Below, in pieces: positions 54,459-64,000 of a stretch of 64,000 nucleotides of DNA. Numbering within the stretch: position 1 is the first letter of the stretch; each line of letters starts with the position of its first letter. The DNA is from Octopus sinensis (lineage: Eukaryota). The position numbers were made by a program, and so were the translations under genes. The notes below the pieces were generated by a model. It saw only the letters and a program-made list of their open reading frames with translations, did no database searches and was not told the DNA's origin. The stretch lies in assembly GCF_006345805.1 (NCBI RefSeq), contig NC_042998.1:130944001-131008000 (forward strand). The letters are read 5' to 3'.

Positions 54459-55122
54459 ATACAATAAAAATGGTAAATAATTTTCCTGTGGTTTTTCATG
54501 TAACCAACAATTATTTACCGGTAAATTTCGGTATGTAAATACGACAAAATAATTGTCAAGACCTTTGTAAGGTTCAGTATATAGTAAAGAAAAATAAGTT
54601 GGCTAGCAGCAAGCTGTTTCGCCTCATACCGAAGGAATTAGAAATGGCAGTCAAAGACCGTTTTTTCCATTTCTATAAGTGGAGATTCCAAAAACGAAGG
54701 CCCTTGCGGCTCACATACACAAAACCGGAGTGGCAAATATACGAATTCAGTCACTTACCGTTAATAGCGAACACGGTGTTTCTGGATCACAAACATATAA
54801 AAAAAGGGGAGTTTGAATTCCGTCATCAGCGCTATATTCGGTAGCTTTATCAAATGCCACCGGCCCTCACTTCTGACCCAGCGACATCAGATAGTGGGGG
54901 GAAGTGCGCAGATGTTAAAACCAAGTAACGACTGGGGACGTAAATTTTCCCTCCAAAATTCTGCCATGCGCGCCTTCTGGGTAATCGTAATGGAATGAGG
55001 AATCCACATGGTAATACAATAAAAATGGTAAATAATTTTCCTGTGGTTTTTCATGTAACCAACAATTATTTACCGGTAAATTTCGGTATGTAAATACGAC
55101 AAAATAATTGTAAGGTTCAGTA
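54459..55122 (-). repeat. Retrozyme-like element: ~1.2 tandem copies of a 555-bp unit
   Basis: ACAATAAAAATGGTAAATAATTTTCC occurs at 54461 and 55016. There is one HHR on the minus strand, and the element is flanked by (TA)n. Confidence 0.8.
54756..54843 (-). ncRNA. Type I hammerhead ribozyme (CUGAUGA, GUU site)
   Basis: Minus strand: UACCG-AAU-AUAGCG / CUGAUGA / C-GGA..CAAAC..GUUUG..UCC-A / GAAA / CAC-C-GUG-UU / CGCUAU-UAA-CGGUA. Predicted cut between 54770 and 54769. Confidence 0.8.
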
Positions 55123-55434
55123 TATATATATAAAGAGAGAGAGAGAAAGTAAGAGAGGAGAAAGGGGGAAAGAGGAAAGATGAAAATGGCGTGTTGGGGT
55201 GAAGTGAAAGCAGCAGGGAAATACAGCTAAGAGGTCTACGTAAATGTTATATATATACTGTGAAGGTGACGAACTAAAGCTAGATATACTAAATATATAA
55301 ATAAATATAAAAAACTTCCTATTTCACTTCTTAGCATGTTTACGATAGTGTGTGTTTGTGTGCGTGGGTTTACGTGTGTATACATCCGAGTGCACCTGTG
55401 TCTGTATGCTTGTATGTATGTGTGTGTGTATGTA

Positions 55435-55493
<59 letters not shown>

Positions 55494-55900
55494 ACGTGTG
55501 TCCGTATCTACTCCTTTTTCTTTGTGGCATTACCCATTGCAGTCTCAGTTGTTCCATGTTTGAAAGCCTGTTCTCACAATCACGAGCCCTATTCATTGTA
55601 ATTCTTTTTTTCTCACACATACGTTTTTCTGAGTGTCAAAGAAGACATTCACAGTTCCGACACGCATGCTTCCATGTTTCCAATCTCACGCGGAACACAC
55701 GCATAATTGCACACCTACTCACACGTGTGTATAATTATCTACATATGTACTTGTCTTTCTGTGCGTATATACATACATACAAATATATATGAATATACAT
55801 ATATATATTATATATATATTATATATATAATACATATATATACATTATATATATTATATATATATATAATATATACACTATATATACATATATATATATA

Positions 55901-55946
<46 letters not shown>

Positions 55947-56028
55947 GTATATATATACACAGATATATATACTATATATATACATATACATACGTACATA
56001 TATACGCGCGCGCACACACACAGATATG

Positions 56029-56062
<34 letters not shown>

Positions 56063-56087
56063 ATATATAATATATATAATATATATT

Positions 56088-56123
<36 letters not shown>

Positions 56124-56177
56124 CATATATATATATACATATACATACGTATGTATACGCGCACACACACAGATATG

Positions 56178-56224
<47 letters not shown>

Positions 56225-56887
56225 CCCATATATATCACCACAATATGTGTGTGTGTGGTGCATACATATAAGCTACATATTCTCCAAAGCATCTCACCAG
56301 TGACAGTTTTATATTCCCGTGTACACACACGCACAAACTCGCATATCGTTCATATTAGCTCAACTGCGAACACCGCAAGTACTCACAACATGAACATACA
56401 CGAACTCCTACAAACCACAGAGAGCGCAGGCAAAGGCACCACGACACCGACCACGCAGACACTACAACAAAACGCACACGCACGAAATAAGCCATGTTCC
56501 ACCCCCCCACACCGTTCCACTTACATATACACACATGCATACATTCATTCATTCACAGGCTTACGCATTTACAGACACCTGGCCTTAGAAATTCTTTCAC
56601 GTCTGAAAAGCGATAAAGTAACTCAGATAATTGAAGATCACTTCGTGAGGTGTAACAACCTGCATTGAAGGTCAGATTGAATCTAGCGTGTAGCGAGTTG
56701 TGGGTGTATACTTCAACACTCAATATGCGAATAGTGCTTAATTGTGTCTTTGAACTTATCTTTATTTGGGTGTCTACGTTTTCGTGGTTGTAGTTTTGAT
56801 AGCAACTGTGTGCGATTGTTTCCGCAGTTTTGTTTTTTCATTGTCATCACCCTTCCTTTAGATACATATACTATACATATAAATATA

Positions 56888-56960
<73 letters not shown>

Positions 56961-57022
56961 TATTTATATATATAATATACAATATATATATACATGCCAT
57001 ATATATTATATTATATATATAA

Positions 57023-57054
<32 letters not shown>

Positions 57055-57270
57055 AAGTTAATCCAAACATGAAAGCACAAAAAACACAACAACGCGAGGA
57101 CGTGGAACACATATAAGTACATTGGACGCTCAGGAAAGAAGGAAAGAATGGGGATTTGAAGTTCGAGCGGAGCGCTTCGTCGAAACAGAGAGAGAAGGAA
57201 AGGTCCAGAGAAGGGAAGACAGAGGAGAAAAAAATCGCCAACGGTACACACGCGGTCACTTTTTGGAATT
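57055..57270 (-). mobile_element. Penelope-like pLTR fragment (mirror copy 60315-60520 +, HHR-like 60386-60420)
   Basis: The mirror copy reads GUUU/CCGACGA-A/GCGC-UCC-GCUC/GAAAC-GUC/AAAU, followed by CCTGAGCG as in the other pLTRs. Confidence 0.7.
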
Positions 57271-57319
57271 TGGGATACCGGAAAATATATCATATATATA
57301 TATATATATATATATCAAA

Positions 57320-57535
57320 ATGTAAATACATGCGGATTGCTGGGGATTTTTTTCCTCCGTCTTCCTTTTCTCTTGGACTTTCCTTTGTCTCCTGTTTCTG
57401 AAGAAAAGCTTTGCTCGAAACGTAAAACTACTTTCTTTCTTCTCTGAGCGTCTGCTATATTTTCCCTGCACCACGTCCTTGCCTTGTTGTTTTTCTTGTT
57501 GTACTTTTCTCGTTCTTTTTTATTTTTATTAACGA
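57320..57535 (+). mobile_element. Penelope-like pLTR fragment with minimal HHR at 57394-57428 (mirror copy 60043-60262 -)
   Basis: GUUU / CUGAAGA-AA / AGC-UUU-GCU-C / GAAAC-GUA / AAAC. Confidence 0.7.
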
Positions 57536-57683
57536 TATAAATAAATATATATATATATATATAACAATCAAGGAACGGCCATATAGGCCATTCACCCACT
57601 AGAAATAACAGCAAAGCTTCAACCGCAAATAAAAATCAATTCCGTAAACAGGAGAAAATTTTAAAAAAAACATTTACCCTGTA

Positions 57684-57789
57684 ATTTCTTATACGATGCA
57701 CCGTTTCATCTGCTGTTAATGGCAAACTAACCTGATTAAATTAAATCAAGCCAATCTTCCATAGGCCCTCAGATTCTTCAGTAAGAAAT
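57684..57789 (-). ncRNA. Type I hammerhead ribozyme, canonical
   Basis: Minus strand: AUUUCUUA / CUGAAGA / AUCUG..long insert..CAGAU / GAAA / CG-GUGCAU-CG-UA / UAAGAAAU. Stem I is a perfect 8 bp; GUA site. Confidence 0.9.
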
Positions 57790-58174
57790 AGCCCAAGTCG
57801 GAACAGATATTTACACGAGGCATTTCCGACCCTGCCAAGGTAATATCTGACCTAAACTTTCAAATCATCGCACTCGCGCCAAATTTATCGGCAGCAAATA
57901 AATTATACGCCGTCGATTCCATTACGGAATAACCAGAAAAATTCATAATTAATCAATATAGGGTGGCAAAAAAAATTTTGTAGAATTTTTTTGCCACCAG
58001 CGGCCTAGTGGGAAAAATTAAATAGTCATAGACCATTTTAAGTTCAACATCAACAATCAAGGAACGGCCATAATAGGCCATTCACCCACTAGAAATAACA
58101 GCCAAAGCTTCAACCGCAAATAAAAATCAATTCCGTAACACAGGAGAAAAATTTAAAAAAACATTTACCCTGTA

Positions 58175-58279
58175 ATTTCTTATACGATGCACCGTTTCAT
58201 CTGCTGTTTATGGCAAACTAACCTGATTAAATTAAATCAAGCCAACTTCCATAGGCCCTCAGATTCTTCAGTAAGAAAT
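58175..58279 (-). ncRNA. Type I hammerhead ribozyme, canonical (second monomer)
   Basis: Same core and stems as 57684-57789. The third monomer (58659-58759) has a damaged core. Confidence 0.9.
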
Positions 58280-59303
58280 AGCCCAAGTCGGAACAGATAT
58301 TTAACACGAGGCATTTCCGACCCTGCCAAGGTAATATCTGACCTAAAATTTTCAAATCATCGCACTCGCGCCAAATTTATCGGCAGAAATAAATATAAGG
58401 CGTCGATTCCATTACGGAATTAACCAGAAATTCATAATTAATCAATATAGGGTGGCAAAAAAAATTTTGTAGAATTTTTTTGCCACCAGCGGCCTAGTGG
58501 AAAAAATTAAATAGTCATAGACCATTTTAAGTTCAACATCAACAATCAAGGAACGGCCATAATAGGCCATTCACCACTAGAAATAACAGCCAAAGCTTCA
58601 ACCGCAATAAAAACTCAATTCCGTAAACAGGAGAAAATTTTAAAACATTTACCCTGTAATTTCTTATACGATGCACCGTTTCATCTGCTATTTAATGGCA
58701 AAAACCTGATTAAATAAATCAAGCCAATCTTCATAGGCCCTCATTCTTCAATAAGAAATAGCCCAAGTCGGACAGATATTTACACGAGGCATCCGACCCT
58801 GCCAAGGTAATATCTGACCTAAAATTTTCAAATCATCGCACTCGCGCCAAATTATCCGGCAGCAAATAAATATAAGCCGTTGATTCCATTACGGAATTAA
58901 CCAGAAATTCATAATTAATCATATAGGGTGGCAAAAAAAATTTTGTAGAATTTTTTTGCCACCAGCGGCCTAGTGGAAAAAATTAAATAGTCATAGACCA
59001 TTTCTAGTGGGTGAATGGCTATTATGGCCGTTACTTGATTGTTGATGTTGAACTTAAAAATGGTCTATGACTATTAATTTTTCCCACTAGGCTCTGGTGG
59101 CAAAAAAATTCTACAAAATTTTTTTTGCCACCCTATATGATTAATTATGAATTTTCTGGTTAATTCCGTAATGGAATCGACGGCTTATATTTAGTGGCTG
59201 CCGATAAATTTGGCGCGAGTGCGATGATTTGAAAATTTTAGGTCAGATATTACCTTGGCAGGGTCGGAAATGCCTCGTGTAAATATCTGTTCCGACTTGG
59301 GCT

Positions 59304-59408
59304 ATTTCTTACTGAAGAATTCTGAGGGCCTATGGAGATTGGCTTGATTTAATTTATCAGGTTAGTTTGCCATTAAACAGCAGATGAAACGGTGCATCGT
59401 ATAAGAAT
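59304..59408 (+). ncRNA. Type I hammerhead ribozyme (inverted arm)
   Basis: AUUUCUUA CUGAAGA (59312-59318)..CAGAU GAAAC GGUGCAUC GUA UAAGAA. Confidence 0.8.
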
Positions 59409-59787
59409 TACAGGGTAAATGTTTTTTAAATTTTCTCCTGTTTACGGAATTGATTTTTATTTGCGGTTGAAGCTTTGGCTGTTATTTCTAGTGGTGAATG
59501 GCCTATTATGGCCGTTCCTTGATTGTTGATGTTGAACTTAAAAATGGTCTATGACTATTTAATTTTTCCCACTAGGCCGCTGGTGGCAAAAAATTCTACA
59601 AAATTTTTTGCCACCCTATATTGATTAATTATGACTTTTCTGGTTAATTCCGTAATGGAATCGACGGCTTATATTTATTTGCTGCCGAATACTTTGGCGC
59701 GAGTGCGATGATTTGAAAATTTTAGGTCATATATTACCTTGGCAGGGTCGGAAATGCCTCGTGTAAATATCTGTTCCGACTTGGGCT

Positions 59788-59892
59788 ATTTCTTACTGAA
59801 GAATCTGAGGGCCTATGGAAGATTGGCTTGATTTAATTTATCAGGTTAGTTTGCCATTAAACAGCAGATGAAACGGTGCATCGTATAAAAAT
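59788..59892 (+). ncRNA. Type I hammerhead ribozyme (inverted arm, stem I weakened)
   Basis: CUGAAGA at 59796-59802, AUCUG/CAGAU stem II, GAAAC..GUA at 59883-59885. Confidence 0.75.
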
Positions 59893-60531
59893 TACAGGGT
59901 AAATGTTTTTTAAAATTTTCTCTGTTTCCGGAATTGATTTTTATTTGCGGTTGAAGCTTTGGCTGTTATTTCTAGTGGGTGAATGGCCTATTATGGCCGT
60001 TCCTTGATTGTTGATATATATATATATATATTTATTTATATCGTTAATAAAAATAAAAAAGAACGAAGAAAAGTACAACAAGAAAGAACAACAAGGCAAG
60101 GACGTGGTGCAGGGAAAATATTAGCAGACGCTCAGAGAAAGAAAGAAAGGTAGTTTTACGTTTCGAGCAAAGCTTTTCTTCAGAAACAGGAGACAAAGGA
60201 AAGTCCAAGAGAAAAGGAAGACGGAGGAAAAAATCCCCAGCAATCCGCATGTAGTTACATTTTGATATATATATATATATATATATATATGATATGTATC
60301 CGGTCATTCAAAATGTGACCGCGTGTGTACCGTTGGCGATTTTTTCTCCTCTGTCTTCACTTCTCTGGACCTTTCCTTCTCCTATGTTTCCGACGAAGCG
60401 CTCCGCTCGAAACGTCAAATCCCCATTCTTTCCTTCTTTCCTGAGCGTCCAATGATACTATATTTGTTCCACGTCCTCGCGTTGTTGTGTTTTTTGTGCT
60501 TCATGTTTGGATTAACTTTATATATATATAT

Positions 60532-60574
<43 letters not shown>

Positions 60575-60582
60575 ATATATAA

Positions 60583-60627
<45 letters not shown>

Positions 60628-60656
60628 TATATATATATGTATATATATATAAAATA

Positions 60657-60701
<45 letters not shown>

Positions 60702-61454
60702 GTATATATATGTATCTAAAGGAAGGGTGATGACAATGAAAAACAAAACTGCGGAACAATCGCACACAGTTGCTATCAAAACTACAACCACGAAAACGTA
60801 GACACCCAAATAAAGATAATTCAAAGACACAATTAAGCCGCACATTCGCATATTGAGTGTTTGAAGTATACACCCCAACTCGCTCACGCTAGATTCAATC
60901 TGACCTTCAATGCAGGTTGTTACACCTCACGAAGTGATCTTCAATTATCTGAGTTACTTTATCGCTTTTCAGACGTGAAAGAATTTCTAAGGCCAGGTGT
61001 CTGTAAATGCGTAAGCCTGTGAATGAATGAATGTATGCATGTGTGTATATGTAAGTGGAACGGTGTGGGTGGGTGGAACAGGCTTATTTCGTGCGTGCGT
61101 TTTGTTTTAGTGTCTCTGTGTGCGTCTGTCTGTCCGGTGGTGCGTTTGCCTGCGCTCTCTTTGGTTTGTAGGAGTTCGTGTATGTTCATGTTGTGAGTAC
61201 TTGCGGTTTTCGCAGTTGAGCTAATATGAACGATATGCGAGTTTGTGCGTGTGTGTACACGGGAATATAAAACTGTCACTGGTGAGATGCTTTGGAGAAT
61301 ATGTAGCTTTATATGTACACACACACACATATATGTGTGTTTATATATATGGGTATACATATATATATATACATACATATCTGTGTGTGTGCGCGTATAC
61401 ATGTACGTATGTATATGTATATATATATGTATATTATATATATATATGTATATA

Positions 61455-61502
<48 letters not shown>

Positions 61503-61588
61503 CTGTGTGTGTGCCGCGTATTATATGTACGTATGTATATGTATATATAATGTAATATATTATCTGTGTATATATATATACAAATATA

Positions 61589-61630
<42 letters not shown>

Positions 61631-61652
61631 TATATCTATATATATATATATC

Positions 61653-61684
<32 letters not shown>

Positions 61685-61696
61685 TATATATATAAT

Positions 61697-62547
61697 CTGA
61701 AGACAAATTCGAACTGATCCACTTGGAAGGGAGGACGCTCTGAAACTCCCATACTCTCTCCTTCTGGAGAAATTCTCATGGCATCCAACAACATCAGAGA
61801 CCTGGGAGTAACAGTGGACAACAACATAAGCTGGGCTACACATATAAGCAGCAAAGTTGACATGGCCCGCAGAATGTGTTCCTGGATTCTCAGAACCTTC
61901 CAGTCGAGGATTTCCCACGCTATTATCCTTCTCTTCTCCACTTTTGCCCGACCCCACCTGAATACTGCTGTCCACTGTGGCTCCCTACACAAAACAAATA
62001 TTATGAGAATTGAAGCTCCCCAAAGGTCAATCACAAAAAAGATAGATGGCATGTCAGACCTTGACTACTGGGGGGAGACTAAGAAGCTGAAATTGTATTC
62101 ACTTCACTCCACGACGCGTGAACGCTACACTATCTGTATGATGTGGAAATATTCCATCAGCACTGTCCGAATGATGTTGGCATCACCTTCAAATGCATCC
62201 AAGGCTTGGACCACACGTGCCATCCGTCCACAACAAAAATCTAAATCGCATCACATAACGACAATACGGGCACACTATTTCACTCAATTGGACCCGCTCT
62301 CTTCAACATTACACCAGGACACGTCAAAAAGAAACTGACCACACAAAATCAAGAAGTCTTTGGACAAATTCCTTCAACAGTACCGGACAAACCACCCACA
62401 CCCGGATATGTCTCCGCAACAAAACCAACTCTCTGCTCGAATGGGCCTTGGTGCCCAATCCTGAACTGAAAGACTTCGCCAGGTGGTGCTATTAAGTTAG
62501 ACATGGCCTGCCAATACTGGCCAAAACCTTTCTAAGTTATTCTAAGT
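61697..62547 (+). mobile_element. 5'-truncated CR1/Jockey-group LINE 3' end
   Basis: IRDLGVTVDNNISWATHI..ARRMCSWILRTF..LFSTFARPHL..IEAPQRSITKKI..LKLYSL with a (TTCTAAGTTA)2 tail. Present in only one arm of the palindrome. Confidence 0.88.
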
Positions 62548-62559
62548 TATATATATATG

Positions 62560-62592
<33 letters not shown>

Positions 62593-62912
62593 GTATATAT
62601 AATATATATATATATATTCATATATATTTGTATGTATGTATATACGCACAGAAGACAAGTACATATGTAGATATTATACACACGTGTGAGTAGGTGTGCA
62701 ATTATGCGTTTGTTCGCGTGAGATTGGAAACATGGAAGCATGCGTGTCGGAACTGTGAATGTCTTCTTTGACACTCAGAAAAACGTATGTGTGAGAAAAA
62801 AAGAATTACAATGAATAGGGCTCGTGATTGTGAGAACAGGCTTTCAAACATGGAACAACTGAGACTGCAATGGGTAATGCCACAAAGAAAAAGGAGTAGA
62901 TACGGACACACG

Positions 62913-63210
62913 AAGATTGGCTTGATTTAATTTAATCAGGTTAGTTTGCCATTAAACAGCAGATGAAACGGTGCATCGTATAAGAAATTACAGGGTAAAT
63001 GTTTTTTAAATTTTCTCCTGTTTACGGAATTGATTTTTATTTGCGGTTGAAGCTTTGGCTGTTATTTCTAGTGGGTGAATGGCCTATTATGGCCGTTCCT
63101 TGATTGTTGATGTTGAACTTAAAAATGGTCTATGACTATTTAATCCTTTCCCACTAGGCCGCTGGTGGCAAAAAAATTCTACAAAATTTTTTTTGGCACC
63201 CTATATTGAT

Positions 63211-63213
<3 letters not shown>
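62913..63213 (+). repeat. Partial copy of the 490-bp unit (starts inside HHR stem II)
   Basis: Matches ~59330-59630. It lacks the CUGAAGA strand. Confidence 0.9.
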
Positions 63214-63267
<54 letters not shown>

Positions 63268-64000
63268 TATACACACACATTTAATCTCTCCATCTATATA
63301 TATATATATATGTGTGTGTGCGTATTTGTCTGTGTGTGTATGTACGTATGTGTAAGTATATGCATAATTCTAATTGACCATCTCTCTATCGTTCATAATC
63401 TGAACTTTAAAAGTCACTCAGCAACTTTCTACCTGTCTATGTGTGTACATGTGTATTCCTTTATAATAATATGTACATATTTTTCACTTCTGTCTACAAG
63501 ATAGGAGCTTCTTTTCACTATAGTAATAAAGTTCAACTGTTGAAATTATTATGAGGGAAACGATTTCAGAAAATTTTTGTAATTCTTATAAAATTTTACT
63601 GCTTATAAATTTTACTCCTTGTAAAATTTTACTGCGAGTTTGCTGGCAATTTCCTTTACCGGGAAATGCTAATTTTTGCAGAATGCAGCTTGAATATTTA
63701 CTTACATAGCCAAATGTACTATTTGTTATTGGTATAAATGTGAATTTCAAAGCAGTTGACCATAAATATTCTCCTTTACTGCGATTGAGGAAGAAATGTT
63801 CTTATTTGCCTGACAGCTGATCATCTATGAATGACATAATTGTTTTCCAGTTCAGTGGGATAAGACAACCAGAATGTTCCGGGCTCAATCTCCCAAAAAA
63901 GCAGCATTTCGAAAACAATAGCGCACCAAGAAATCGTGGGGACCGACATTCTAACGGAAACAAGGTCGATCCGGTTCCCTTACAGTGTCCGTAACGGATG

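Larger units (their letters stand above)
57562..60015. repeat. Retrozyme-like array of a ~490-bp unit: ~3 copies (HHR on -) then ~2 inverted copies (HHR on +)
   Basis: ACAATCAAGGAACGGCC recurs at ~57563, 58053 and 58542. Orientation flips at ~59001. Confidence 0.92.
55495..62912. repeat. ~7.4-kb inverted duplication centred near 59000
   Basis: 55495-55800 mirrors 62600-62912, 55960-57560 mirrors 60015-61580, and the central arrays are in opposite orientation. Confidence 0.9.

Noticed and set aside
59236-59310. Pistol- or HDV-like ribozyme interpretation of the pseudoknot
   Set aside because: It lacks the pistol linker between P2 and the pseudoknot, and it lacks HDV P1.1, P4 and the catalytic C junction.
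57562-60015. Tandem array as a CRISPR-like locus
   Set aside because: Whole ~490-bp units repeat with no unique spacers, there are no cas genes, and the context is eukaryotic.

Overview
AT-rich, microsatellite-saturated eukaryotic non-coding DNA. The tRNA-derived SINE families and repeat make-up look like Octopus/cephalopod genomic DNA (inference from pattern recognition). I found no convincing host protein-coding gene: almost all listed ORFs are microsatellite translations, and the rest are decayed transposon fragments (Penelope-like RT/GIY-YIG, R4/Dong-type RLE LINEs, a Tx1/L1-like LINE, a CR1-like LINE, and mariner, Tc1 and DD37D/maT DNA transposons). The main unexplained signal is a dense set of about 20 type I hammerhead-ribozyme (HHR) motifs, intact, variant or degenerate, read by eye on both strands. 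Three unrelated non-coding tandem units (~541, ~555 and ~490 bp) each carry one HHR per monomer, fold extensively, sit in (TA)n tracts and share a 14-nt motif (RRCUGYYAUUUCUA) downstream of the cleavage site. This fits retrozyme-like elements that could produce circular RNAs and are probably mobilised by Penelope-like elements. Core variants include a compensatory G3-C8 swap, U4C and A6U. A ~7.4-kb inverted duplication (55495-62912) is centred on the 490-bp array and may be real or partly an assembly artefact. All structures were derived manually; none was computed or tested.
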